Source: a virus. Taken from it: DNA of 28,186 nucleotides. Of the stretch, positions 1 through 8,159 are shown in pieces. The position numbers were made by a program, and so were the translations under genes. The stretch's first letter is position 1, and every line of letters starts with the position of its first letter. The DNA is taken from positions 294,717-322,902 of IMG/VR virus record IMGVR_UViG_3300035698_018106. One strand, given 5' to 3'. The notes beneath the pieces were generated by a model. The model saw only the letters and a list, made by a program, of their open reading frames with translations, had not been told where the DNA came from and did not search any database.

Positions 1-61
1 CTTTAAAAGTTTTCTTAGCCTTACCGGTCACTGTCATACACTGTCTTAAAGGCTTTGCCAT
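1..61 (-). CDS. 5' end (about 20 codons) of a gene that continues beyond the window start
   Basis: ATG (cat 59-61) directly follows the TAA stop of the HD gene; frame MAKPLRQCMTVTGKAKKTFK stays open to position 1. Confidence 0.3.
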   Translation of the reverse strand, partial: MAKPLRQCMTVTGKAKKTFK

Positions 62-700
62 TTATATAGTATTTAATTCATCCTCTATGTTATGTTTAGC
101 ATGATCACTCTGTGTATTCTGATATAGGTTGGTATGATATATATGTTCTTTATTATTCATAAATTGTAAAAATTTCTTTCTACCATCATAAAAATCTTTA
201 TCAGATTGCATATGAAATTCTTTTCTAATTAATCTAGTAATTTCTGATTGATCATTTATAAATAATCTTAAGTCTAAATCACATATGATATCTTCTATAT
301 AAGTTTGAGGTTCTCCTTTATGAGATGTAACTAATATTAACCATTTGCTTATATTAATATCAGATTCTTTAAAATCTAAAGCAATCATAAAATCTTCTAA
401 TTTTTGAGCAGATTTAGCTTCATTATCAGATTTAGATGGATCATATATAATATCATGAAACCAAACAGCCCATTTCAATAATATTCGATCTTTATGAGAC
501 TTAAATTTAAAATCCCTGACATGTATTAACATGTCTTCTATATGTACCAAAGTGTGATAATATCTATCTTTTGTATAAGATGTATATATTATCTCATCAT
601 AATAATAATCAGTAAAATTAGTATCAATATCTAAACCGAAAATTTTAGAAGTAGTTTTAATTAATTCATTCCATCTCCATCTAGGAGGAGCACTTTGCAT
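62..700 (-). CDS. HD-domain metal-dependent phosphohydrolase
   Basis: H..H (YHTLVHIEDMLIH) and HD (WFHDIIYDP) motifs spaced as in the HD superfamily; 212 aa. Confidence 0.6.
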   Translation of the reverse strand: MQSAPPRWRWNELIKTTSKIFGLDIDTNFTDYYYDEIIYTSYTKDRYYHTLVHIEDMLIHVRDFKFKSHKDRILLKWAVWFHDIIYDPSKSDNEAKSAQKLEDFMIALDFKESDINISKWLILVTSHKGEPQTYIEDIICDLDLRLFINDQSEITRLIRKEFHMQSDKDFYDGRKKFLQFMNNKEHIYHTNLYQNTQSDHAKHNIEDELNTI

Positions 701-981
701 TATTTTTTTATATAAACTGTATCACCTACTACTATACCCTCGTCTAAATATATCATATTTACAGATTTATCATCTATAAATTTTACTTTATGAGACTTAT
801 GTTTTTCGGGTAAAATTGAAACAACTACAGCAGGAACTTTAGGTGCTTTAGCTATTGGATCACTTGTAATTTCGCTTATTCCACCTAAAAATACAGAAAT
901 TACTACCACAATCCAAAACCATGGTAATTCCTCCCAATCAATTCGTGCTTTAACATCCGGAATCACTTTTTTACTCGCCAT
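700..981 (-). CDS. small membrane-anchored protein (one TM helix)
   Basis: 93 aa ORF with hydrophobic stretch WFWIVVVISVFLGGI; start overlaps the upstream stop. Confidence 0.45.
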   Translation of the reverse strand: MASKKVIPDVKARIDWEELPWFWIVVVISVFLGGISEITSDPIAKAPKVPAVVVSILPEKHKSHKVKFIDDKSVNMIYLDEGIVVGDTVYIKK

Positions 982-1267
982 ATGTTTTCTTTTTATATGT
1001 GTTATTTTTATATGTTAAATATACAAACTTTTTATTAGCCTCCATTATGATTTCGTTTGGGACTTTTCTTATTAATAAACTATCCCATTTAACAAATGAT
1101 TCATATCTTGGCCGGCCGCAATATTTACATTCACTTTGCACTTCAAAATAATTAGTATTTACAGAATACATAAATTTTCCAATGCTTATTATTTTGAAAG
1201 AACATTTAGGATCGTATGTGTATAAATTCCAAAATCCTTTAACTTTTTCTTGTTTTGGACAAGTCAT
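971..1267 (-). CDS. Cys-rich hypothetical protein
   Basis: 98 aa ORF with CP..C ... C..C pairs; 11-nt overlap with the downstream gene. Confidence 0.45.
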   Translation of the reverse strand: MTCPKQEKVKGFWNLYTYDPKCSFKIISIGKFMYSVNTNYFEVQSECKYCGRPRYESFVKWDSLLIRKVPNEIIMEANKKFVYLTYKNNTYKKKTYGE

Positions 1268-1270
1268 ATT

Positions 1271-1972
1271 TTAAATTTTAGTCTTTGGTATAAAATCTAA
1301 GATTAATCCAATATTAGCCATATTTGTTATATTCATATTTAATTCTCCTTCTTTAAGAATTTTTCTTAAATGTGTCACAAATACATCTAATGATCTACTT
1401 ACAAAATAATTAGATGTTTGCCACACTTTTTCTAATATGATATCTTTTTTAACTACTGTTGAGAAATTAGCAGCTAATAATTCAAATACACTAGCTTGTT
1501 TAGGCGATAATTGTTTAATAAGTATACCATTTTTAGATATAAGTCGTTTTGTTGGATCATATGTACAATCTCCAAATTCTATAATATCTCCCATCTTCGC
1601 TGTTAATCTAGCAAGTATTTCGAAATTATTATGATACATATATACATTATGTAACATAACACTTGCTAAATAATCTGTATCTGTTTCTTTAGTATAAGGA
1701 ATAATCATATCTGCAGATGATTTCTCATATTTTTCTAATCTAGATATTACAATTACTGGTATATAGTTGTAATATTTTTTTATAAATTCTATAACTTTAG
1801 GCGCATATTCTAAATCTCCATTTATTATATAGGCATCTGCTTTTTCATTGTCAATGGTATCCAATAAGGTTTTTTCAAATTTAACTATAGATATAGTATG
1901 ATTATCCTTTTTGGCTCCTCTAATGATAGAATTAAGAATTTTGTAATTTCCAGAGTTAACGGCTATTTTCAT
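1271..1972 (-). CDS. atypical OmpR/PhoB-family response-regulator-like transcription factor (winged-helix trans_reg_C domain plus a degenerate receiver-like N-domain)
   Basis: C-terminal 100 aa align position-by-position with the OmpR DNA-binding domain (FG...L..LSPKQASVFELLAAN....V.KD.ILEKVW.....S.RSLDVFVTHLRKIL.....I.....GL.LDF). The N-domain keeps the receiver S/T and K but replaces the acidic pocket (KILVVDDD becomes KIAVNSGN). Confidence 0.8.
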   Translation of the reverse strand: MKIAVNSGNYKILNSIIRGAKKDNHTISIVKFEKTLLDTIDNEKADAYIINGDLEYAPKVIEFIKKYYNYIPVIVISRLEKYEKSSADMIIPYTKETDTDYLASVMLHNVYMYHNNFEILARLTAKMGDIIEFGDCTYDPTKRLISKNGILIKQLSPKQASVFELLAANFSTVVKKDIILEKVWQTSNYFVSRSLDVFVTHLRKILKEGELNMNITNMANIGLILDFIPKTKI

Positions 1973-1989
1973 AAGGGTAATATTATATT

Positions 1990-2066
1990 AAGAATTGGTT
2001 AAATTAACCAATTAAATCATCAATTAAAAGCTTTTCAATAAAATAATTGTTAAGATTTTGTTAAAA
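1990..2066 (-). promoter_or_regulatory. promoter/operator of the OmpR-like regulator gene: 21-bp perfect palindrome AATTGGTTAAATTAACCAATT plus TGTTAA-N5-TGTTAA
   Basis: palindrome at 1993-2013 holds the cassette core element AACCAA(T/A) in both orientations; TGTTAA copies at 2048 and 2059. Confidence 0.4.
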
Positions 2067-2078
2067 ACTATTTATTCA

Positions 2079-2690
2079 TTAAGTTTTGCCCTCTAGTTCC
2101 ATCTTCTTTTTTAATTCTTGTAATATATTTAGGTCTCCAAATGTAGATGATTTCTTTTTATCTACTCTCTTTTTTATTTCTTTTACTTTTTGTTTATCAT
2201 TATTATCTAATGCAGAATTCTCAGTAAAATGAGAAAAAACAGTATCTCGTTTCATTTGATTTAATTGATAATTGATATTTTTATCACCATTTAATAATCC
2301 TGATGATGTTAAGTCTAATATATCTGTTGTACATTGAAAGCATAAGCATGTATCTGTTTTTTCACCTGTAAATGCCTGTACTTTATCAACACCTATAGCT
2401 TTAACAAATGGATTTTCTTCTCTTGTAGTAGTCTCTCCATTAATATTTTTACGTAAGTTTGCTATGAAATCTTTAGAAATAGAACCTTGATTATTTTGAA
2501 TAGAAGCAAACGCCCCTTCGATATCGAATAATTTCTGGCCACATATATTACATATATGTTTCTGGTCTTTTTTAAATTCCCATAATTTTTGTGTTTTATT
2601 TACAGGCAAGTATGCTTTTATTAAATGATTAACAAATCCTCTTGATTTAGGATCATCATACAATTCTTGTATTTTTGTCATTTTTGTCAT
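2079..2690 (-). CDS. hypothetical protein; start probably at the second Met (2681)
   Basis: 203 aa ORF; N-terminus is MTKMTK created by a 9-bp tandem duplication; overlaps the upstream gene. Confidence 0.5.
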   Translation of the reverse strand: MTKMTKIQELYDDPKSRGFVNHLIKAYLPVNKTQKLWEFKKDQKHICNICGQKLFDIEGAFASIQNNQGSISKDFIANLRKNINGETTTREENPFVKAIGVDKVQAFTGEKTDTCLCFQCTTDILDLTSSGLLNGDKNINYQLNQMKRDTVFSHFTENSALDNNDKQKVKEIKKRVDKKKSSTFGDLNILQELKKKMELEGKT

Positions 2691-3135
2691 TTTTAAATAG
2701 TTTAATAAAAAAATCTCTAGTTTTATACATTATAAATAAAAGTAATGAAATTTTCTTTTCTGGCTCAGTATGATTAATAATTTTATGTACAAGACATCTA
2801 CTATCTATGTGTCGGTATTTAGTGCCGTAAGAATCCATATTATCCATTCCACCACATGTACATTTAGGAACCTTCCACCAATAATGATAATTACTATTTT
2901 TCTTATAACCCCATAATTCTTGTTGAAAATATTCAATTTTTTCAACTTGTCTGGCTAATTTCTTTAACTCGATTGTATCATCGGTTTTTGACATTTCTTC
3001 TTTAACTGTATAAAGAGAAACATGTGATAACCTAAGAGCTTCAATATTATCTTTTGATACTTTTTTAATCTTAATTAATTTTTTATTAAGGGTGCATATA
3101 AGCTTCCCATTAGGTAATTTTACGTCTAAATTCAT
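2656..3135 (-). CDS. hypothetical Cys/His-containing protein
   Basis: 159 aa ORF with CTCGG...H..CLVH cluster; perfect 8-bp hairpin 4 nt upstream of its ATG. Confidence 0.5.
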   Translation of the reverse strand: MNLDVKLPNGKLICTLNKKLIKIKKVSKDNIEALRLSHVSLYTVKEEMSKTDDTIELKKLARQVEKIEYFQQELWGYKKNSNYHYWWKVPKCTCGGMDNMDSYGTKYRHIDSRCLVHKIINHTEPEKKISLLLFIMYKTRDFFIKLFKNDKNDKNTRIV

Positions 3136-3372
3136 AATCTATTTTTACTATATTATGAAAAATAGACGAATTAGTTTTAAATTTATTTTAATTCCTTTAG
3201 TGTATTAAATGCGTAATCTATTATATTCTTTAGCAATACTAAGTTCAACTACATAATTGTCTTTATACGTTTTAACTGCGTCTAATATTGTTACAAAGCT
3301 TAAAGCAATATCTATAATAGCACTTACATGGTCTTCATCAAATCCATCATTAATAAAATCATCAAATATTTT

Positions 3373-3675
3373 TTATTTTGGTGTTATTTTAGATTCAATA
3401 GATGTTTTAAGTTTTAAATTAATACGATTATTAATTTCATCTAATAAAACTGCATCATATAGTTCTAATGTATTTAATATAGTGGTTTTAAATTTTACAT
3501 CATTAATTGCATTAATATGTTTTGCTGTTCGGACAAATTTTCTTTTTTGAATATTGTTTAAATTGTTATTTGCGCTTTGTAACTCAATAGAAACATATTT
3601 TATAGACTTATTGTTTTCTAAACATCTTGCATTTAATATCTCTTTTGATATCTCTTTTAAATCACTATTTTTCAT
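3373..3675 (-). CDS. hypothetical protein
   Basis: 100 aa ORF, ATG start, unidirectional array. Confidence 0.5.
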   Translation of the reverse strand: MKNSDLKEISKEILNARCLENNKSIKYVSIELQSANNNLNNIQKRKFVRTAKHINAINDVKFKTTILNTLELYDAVLLDEINNRINLKLKTSIESKITPK

Positions 3676-3680
3676 AATTA

Positions 3681-3947
3681 TTATTTCTTAAGTTTGGAAA
3701 TATCTACAGGAAATAATTTCATGGGCTTTACCGAAACACTTTTTGTATGTTCCTTAAATGTTGGATTATGCAGCCATAAACCACTTGATACAGAATACAC
3801 TTTTAATGATACTTTTCCTGTTGGAGTTGTTTTGATTGATTTACCTATAGTAACAGTTGTCACACCATTATTATCAGTTGAATATCCATAATAGTTATCC
3901 ATTTGAATAAGATTTCCTAAACCATCATTTTTGTTAATATCACTCAT
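3681..3947 (-). CDS. hypothetical protein
   Basis: 88 aa ORF, ATG start, 5-nt gap to the upstream gene. Confidence 0.45.
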   Translation of the reverse strand: MSDINKNDGLGNLIQMDNYYGYSTDNNGVTTVTIGKSIKTTPTGKVSLKVYSVSSGLWLHNPTFKEHTKSVSVKPMKLFPVDISKLKK

Positions 3948-3949
3948 AA

Positions 3950-4270
3950 TTAAAGTTGTTTTGTTTTTACTTCTGTAACATGTCTACATTTTTTTCTAAA
4001 TCCAAAACCTGCACAATCACAATTCCAATATATACCATCAAATGTAACATTATATGAAGATTTTCCATTAGAAGAACTAATAATAGTAGAAATAAGGTGT
4101 GCAGGTTCTTTTTCTCTAATAGGAAGATCTCTAGTCCAATGATTATAAACATCATTTAATGTTGTCATTGATGGCACAACATGCCATCCAGGCATAATAT
4201 ATTTTATACCAGAGATCACAACTAATCCTGGTGGTAAAAAAGATGATATTTTAAAATCTTTAGCTAACAT
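3950..4270 (-). CDS. SWIM-type zinc-finger protein
   Basis: C-terminal WNCDCAGFGFRKKCRHV fits the SWIM CxCxnCxH signature; 106 aa. Confidence 0.5.
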   Translation of the reverse strand: MLAKDFKISSFLPPGLVVISGIKYIMPGWHVVPSMTTLNDVYNHWTRDLPIREKEPAHLISTIISSSNGKSSYNVTFDGIYWNCDCAGFGFRKKCRHVTEVKTKQL

Positions 4271-4527
4271 TATAATGTGTGAACTATTAATTTAAATTCT
4301 TCTCCTTTAATACTTCTATATTCACAATGACAAACTACATCATCAGTGTTTTTATATGCTTTATAGAAATCAAATTTAGTTCTATCTTTTTCTAAGCCAT
4401 TTATAATAATAGTAGGAGGATATAATTTTCCCCACTGCAAATCGCTATAGTGTATAAGAAGTGTTTTTGAATTCTCTAGTAACGTTATATTACCACCTTT
4501 TTTATATCCTAAGGTTTGTGGTTTCAT
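4270..4527 (-). CDS. hypothetical protein
   Basis: 85 aa ORF; a degenerate promoter cassette lies upstream (4555-4618). Confidence 0.45.
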   Translation of the reverse strand: MKPQTLGYKKGGNITLLENSKTLLIHYSDLQWGKLYPPTIIINGLEKDRTKFDFYKAYKNTDDVVCHCEYRSIKGEEFKLIVHTL

Positions 4528-4554
4528 TTAAATATAGTTTTATTTTAAATTAAA

Positions 4555-4618
4555 GATTAAATATATCCAATTTAATTGAAACAGAAAAATAATTCTTAAT
4601 ATATTTTAACATTATTTA
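4555..4618 (-). promoter_or_regulatory. degenerate copy of the promoter cassette
   Basis: TAAATATATCCAATTTAATTGAAACAGAAAAATAATTCTTAATATATTTTAACATTATTT upstream of 4270-4527. Confidence 0.3.
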
Positions 4619-4664
4619 AGGGAGCAGGGGTACTTTAGCATCATAGATGTATAAACTCCCTTAA
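4616..4664 (-). terminator. hairpin (TTAAGGGAG ... CTCCCTTAA, 9-bp stem, long loop) 6 nt after a gene stop
   Basis: perfect 9-bp inverted repeat; no T-run. Confidence 0.25.
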
Positions 4665-4669
4665 ATATG

Positions 4670-4882
4670 TTATCTAGTTTGGAATAATTTTTCTGTTAGC
4701 CAGATATGTTTAAAATCTGTAAATTGTTTATGTGCCCCAGATACATTAAAAAGAATGAATCGTTGTTCGATTTCATCAATTTTTAGTACTTTCACTATAT
4801 CTTGTACAGCATTTCTATATACTCCACCTACCATGATATCTTCTTTAGGTATTCTATTTACGGTTTCCTTCTTTTTTGCCAT
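4670..4882 (-). CDS. hypothetical protein
   Basis: 70 aa ORF followed 6 nt downstream by a 9-bp-stem hairpin. Confidence 0.45.
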   Translation of the reverse strand: MAKKKETVNRIPKEDIMVGGVYRNAVQDIVKVLKIDEIEQRFILFNVSGAHKQFTDFKHIWLTEKLFQTR

Positions 4883-5049
4883 CTTTTATTATTTTATAAT
4901 TAGTTTTACATTCTATTAAAGCATATGATAACAGTGTCACACTAGGATTAATAATGTGAGTATTACCATACAAAAATTGAAGAGTATATTGATCTTTTAA
5001 TGCTCCTTGTGTATTATATGAAAAAGAGAATATACAAGTTTCATCTTTA

Positions 5050-5247
5050 TCAGATTTTTTTTGGAAAAGCTTTAATAATTACATCTAACATACCTTCTCC
5101 ATCTTCCCTTCCACCAAAATCTATTTCAGAGAATTGGATACCACCTATAGTTGATAAATCTAAACTATTTCTATACGTTTCAAAATTTTCATCCTCTATA
5201 TAGTCTTCAATAATCTGAAGACTTAAATCAAAATCTTTTTTATTCAT
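5050..5247 (-). CDS. small acidic hypothetical protein
   Basis: 65 aa ORF, ATG start. Confidence 0.4.
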   Translation of the reverse strand: MNKKDFDLSLQIIEDYIEDENFETYRNSLDLSTIGGIQFSEIDFGGREDGEGMLDVIIKAFPKKI

Positions 5248-5351
5248 ATTGTTAATTTATTTAAACCAATAAATTTTATTATCTACTTTTAAATCATTAA
5301 TAAATTCTAAATATGTTCGGGATATGGGTTCGTTTTTCATATTTTAAATAT

Positions 5352-5385
5352 AACTAAAAAAGTCGAGACTAAAAAATCTCGGCTT
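5352..5385 (-). terminator. intrinsic-terminator-like hairpin + T-run (minus sense AAGCCGAGA-loop-TCTCGACTT then TTTTTTAGTTA)
   Basis: 9-bp stem with one mismatch, 9 nt after the NTase gene stop; run of 6 T in the gene sense. Confidence 0.5.
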
Positions 5386-5393
5386 GAATTAAA

Positions 5394-6017
5394 TTATCTT
5401 TTTAACATTTCAATATAATTATCTCGTAGATATAAAAAATTACTAGGCTTAAAATTTATATCATCAACAATTTCTTTAAACAAATGATTTGCCTCATCAA
5501 ACACCATTATTTTTTGATATTTTTTCATTTGTATACCAAATATTAATATTCTAATAGCATGCCAAATACCCTTCTTAACAACTAAACTTATTTCTTCACT
5601 ATCTTTTTCAATTACCCATCTTTTATCAGCTATATGCCAACTATTAGATGATTGTGTGATAACTTTTTTAATAAGTTCTTTCTCGTAAAATTTGTTTATC
5701 TTAAAATTGAATTTTTTCTTTATAATTTGATCATCATCCAAAGATATTGCTTCTAATGCTGGCATCATATAATTATTAATAGCATCAATAAACCCACCTT
5801 TACTATAAGGTGTGCCTTGGATTGATTTACTATGGTTGCTTACTGCATTATCTTTAAATGAACCGCTACGTAATAAAGATGTTTTGAAAACTATTATATA
5901 ATCATCATCAGAATCTTCTCTATTAGTTCCATATACTTTAGAACCATACGGATATATATTCCATATGTCATCTATATCAAAATTTAATTCCTTACAAATA
6001 TATTCTGGTGTATACAT
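5394..6017 (-). CDS. nucleotidyltransferase-fold protein (NTP_transf_2 / Pol-beta superfamily)
   Basis: N-terminal YGSKVYGTNREDSDDDYIIVF matches the GS-x9-13-DxD signature (consensus FGSYARG....SDIDLLV). Confidence 0.6.
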   Translation of the reverse strand: MYTPEYICKELNFDIDDIWNIYPYGSKVYGTNREDSDDDYIIVFKTSLLRSGSFKDNAVSNHSKSIQGTPYSKGGFIDAINNYMMPALEAISLDDDQIIKKKFNFKINKFYEKELIKKVITQSSNSWHIADKRWVIEKDSEEISLVVKKGIWHAIRILIFGIQMKKYQKIMVFDEANHLFKEIVDDINFKPSNFLYLRDNYIEMLKR

Positions 6018-6019
6018 TA

Positions 6020-6445
6020 TTAGCTTTGTTTAATTAGATATCCTTTAGAAGCTTTAAATATAGTATACCATATATCTTGATATTTAAAAGTAACTTTATC
6101 TAATGAAAATTCAGATACTTCTACATAATCACAATATAATAATTTTACTTCGCCAGCGCCATAAACGCCTGGAGGAATATGTCCCTCAAAATCTTTATAT
6201 TCCCATGGGTGGTCTTCGGTTTGTATTACCATTCTGACCTTCCCTCTTTTACTTGGAAATTCATGTTTAGGTATAACATAAGAACGAAGTACTTTGCCTT
6301 CTGTGGTCACTACTGGTTCACTAGTAGTATCTAAACGTTTCGTTAAATATGTTTCTATATCCCCACCATCTTCAAACCGGACATCCCAATGAAGTCCGGC
6401 TTTAAAAGCATGATGTTCTTGTATAACTAATAGACGTTTATCCAT
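6020..6445 (-). CDS. LigD-type 3'-phosphoesterase domain protein (polynucleotide 3'-phosphatase/3'-ribonuclease, stand-alone)
   Basis: VIQEHHA..LHWDVRFE ... RSYVIPK ... VIQTEDHPWEYKDFEGHIPPGVYGAGEV matches the LigD PE-domain hallmarks (QKH.A..LHYD.RLE, W.VPKGP, VEDHPLDY.DFEG.IP...YGAG). Confidence 0.75.
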   Translation of the reverse strand: MDKRLLVIQEHHAFKAGLHWDVRFEDGGDIETYLTKRLDTTSEPVVTTEGKVLRSYVIPKHEFPSKRGKVRMVIQTEDHPWEYKDFEGHIPPGVYGAGEVKLLYCDYVEVSEFSLDKVTFKYQDIWYTIFKASKGYLIKQS

Positions 6446-6639
6446 TATGTATAATGTCTTTGATTAAAATCTCCACCAGGTTCTAATATATTATAGCCAT
6501 CATATGAATTACCAGCTTGGAGAATTAATTCAGCAAATGTAGCAACAGCTTCTTTTTCTTCATCAGTTAAATCTTTTCTCATTGACTTATTCAATTGAGC
6601 GATAATAACATCTCTTCTAATAGTTTTTCTTAATGCCAT
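6445..6639 (-). CDS. small hypothetical protein (64 aa from the first ATG; the track's 6654 start is a TTG)
   Basis: the track ORF begins at TTG (caa 6652-6654); the first in-frame ATG is cat 6637-6639. Confidence 0.4.
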   Translation of the reverse strand: MALRKTIRRDVIIAQLNKSMRKDLTDEEKEAVATFAELILQAGNSYDGYNILEPGGDFNQRHYT

Positions 6640-6641
6640 TC

Positions 6642-6911
6642 TTAATTCTCCCAATTACTTGTACGTAAAAAAGCATTTAATGCTTTATTTTCTTCTCTGA
6701 AAAATCCAACTTTTCTACCTGATTCTTCTTCATACCAAATAGGCTTTCCGGATAATTCAAACACATCACCAGTATGTCTAAATAATTCTTTAACAGGCTT
6801 ACTACCAAAAAACTTTGCAAAATTACTTGGATGGCGTTTTACTGTTATAACAGTATGTTTACCTATTTCTTCTTTATATACAAATTCAAGACTTCCTATT
6901 TTACGTTCCAT
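6642..6911 (-). CDS. hypothetical protein (89 aa from the first ATG; the track's 6950 start is a TTG)
   Basis: an ATG at 6909-6911 gives an 11-nt overlap with the upstream stop; a TTG at 6950 would overlap by 50 nt. Confidence 0.45.
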   Translation of the reverse strand: MERKIGSLEFVYKEEIGKHTVITVKRHPSNFAKFFGSKPVKELFRHTGDVFELSGKPIWYEEESGRKVGFFREENKALNAFLRTSNWEN

Positions 6912-7104
6912 TATAAATCCCTTCTTTTTTATTTTTTTTAATTTGTTCAATAGCTGATAACGAAAATGTCGACATTCTTTTCCAAAAATCTAAAGATTGA
7001 TTTCCGGTTAATACTCGAACAGCATTTCCAGCATCTTTTTCAACTATTAAATCTATACCACCAATACCATTTTTAGTTGTATCAATTACTTTTTTTCTTG
7101 CCAT
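6901..7104 (-). CDS. small hypothetical protein
   Basis: 67 aa ORF, ATG start. Confidence 0.4.
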   Translation of the reverse strand: MARKKVIDTTKNGIGGIDLIVEKDAGNAVRVLTGNQSLDFWKRMSTFSLSAIEQIKKNKKEGIYNGT

Positions 7105-7106
7105 GA

Positions 7107-7472
7107 TTATTGAATGTTATGTTTTAATAATAATTCTTTTGCTTCTTTTAGTCTTTTTTGTAATCCCGGATCGTTTATAACAGGAGCCGCTTTTTTCTTC
7201 ATACTAGCTATAGTTTTTCTTCCAAGTTGTTCAAGTTCTTTAGCATCTTGCTTTAAAACTCCTTTAACATCTACACCTTCAAAAGAAGAAGCATATGTGT
7301 GTGATACATCAATAGAAGCATCTGTAAGTGCTTCACTAAATTTAGTACCATCTTCCATTTCAGCATCCATTAATGCAGAAGCCATGGCTCCACCAACAAC
7401 TACAACTAGTCCAACTATTATAAAGAAAATAGTTCCTTTTAAAACGAATCCAATAAGTTTAATTAAAAACAT
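7107..7472 (-). CDS. membrane-anchored protein (N-terminal TM helix)
   Basis: 121 aa; IFFIIVGLVVVVGGAMASAL hydrophobic segment; first gene after cassette copy a. Confidence 0.5.
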   Translation of the reverse strand: MFLIKLIGFVLKGTIFFIIVGLVVVVGGAMASALMDAEMEDGTKFSEALTDASIDVSHTYASSFEGVDVKGVLKQDAKELEQLGRKTIASMKKKAAPVINDPGLQKRLKEAKELLLKHNIQ

Positions 7473-7490
7473 AATTTTTTAATTTTGATT

Positions 7491-7552
7491 TAAGTAAATA
7501 TAACCATTTACATCAACAGTAAAAAATTTTAAATGTTAAAAAATGTTAATTA
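7491..7552 (-). promoter_or_regulatory. promoter cassette copy a (core + TGTTAA direct repeat)
   Basis: TAAATATAACCATTTAC...AAATGTTAAAAAATGTTAA; about 20 nt upstream of ATG 7472. Confidence 0.5.
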
Positions 7553-7894
7553 ATCTTTAGATGTATTAAATAGTTGTCTTAATTCCTTTGCTTTGATAAA
7601 CAAATATTTAATCATTTCATCATAAAAATCAGGGACGGATTTCATCTTCGAAATCATTTTATCATTATAAGGATTTAATTCAACAACTGTATTACCCGCA
7701 TGTACATAAATAGTCCAATCATCAGCATGTCTTTGTTTTTGAACTTTGGCGACATTACATGAAGAACCTATACCGATTTCACCACCATTACCGTTCAAAA
7801 TAGTTTTGACTAGTTCATCTATAAATTCTTCTTTATTATCTTCTATATCATGTAGATTATCATGATATATGGTTACAGTTGTTAAATATCCCAT
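7550..7894 (-). CDS. hypothetical protein
   Basis: 114 aa ORF; last gene of the ABC-ATPase/kinase block. Confidence 0.5.
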   Translation of the reverse strand: MGYLTTVTIYHDNLHDIEDNKEEFIDELVKTILNGNGGEIGIGSSCNVAKVQKQRHADDWTIYVHAGNTVVELNPYNDKMISKMKSVPDFYDEMIKYLFIKAKELRQLFNTSKD

Positions 7895-7900
7895 AATATA

Positions 7901-8158
7901 TTATTTTACATCATTAAAATTTAGTGTATCAGATTTAACTTCTGACCTTCCGGCGTTAAAATCTTTTTGAAAAGATTCAAATACTTTTCCAGTATCCTTT
8001 ATCAAATTATTCTCTTCAGTAGAATAATATTTAAACACATATACTACACTCCAAATAAAAGCGGCTAATAAACTTAGTTGTATTAATACCATTACCAAAC
8101 CTCCTATTATACTTGTTTTAATTATGCTTTTATTAAACGTTTTGTGAAAATTTTTCAT
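7901..8158 (-). CDS. small membrane protein
   Basis: 85 aa; TM segment IIGGLVMVLIQLSLLAAFIWSVVYVF; ATG 1 nt after the kinase stop. Confidence 0.45.
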   Translation of the reverse strand: MKNFHKTFNKSIIKTSIIGGLVMVLIQLSLLAAFIWSVVYVFKYYSTEENNLIKDTGKVFESFQKDFNAGRSEVKSDTLNFNDVK

Positions 8159-8159
8159 T

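Noticed and set aside
3967-4155. Minus-strand ORF 3967-4155 (62 aa)
   Set aside because: An alternative frame nested entirely within the SWIM-protein gene 3950-4270. It is hydrophobic low-complexity (MMFIIIGLEIFLL...) and has no independent support.
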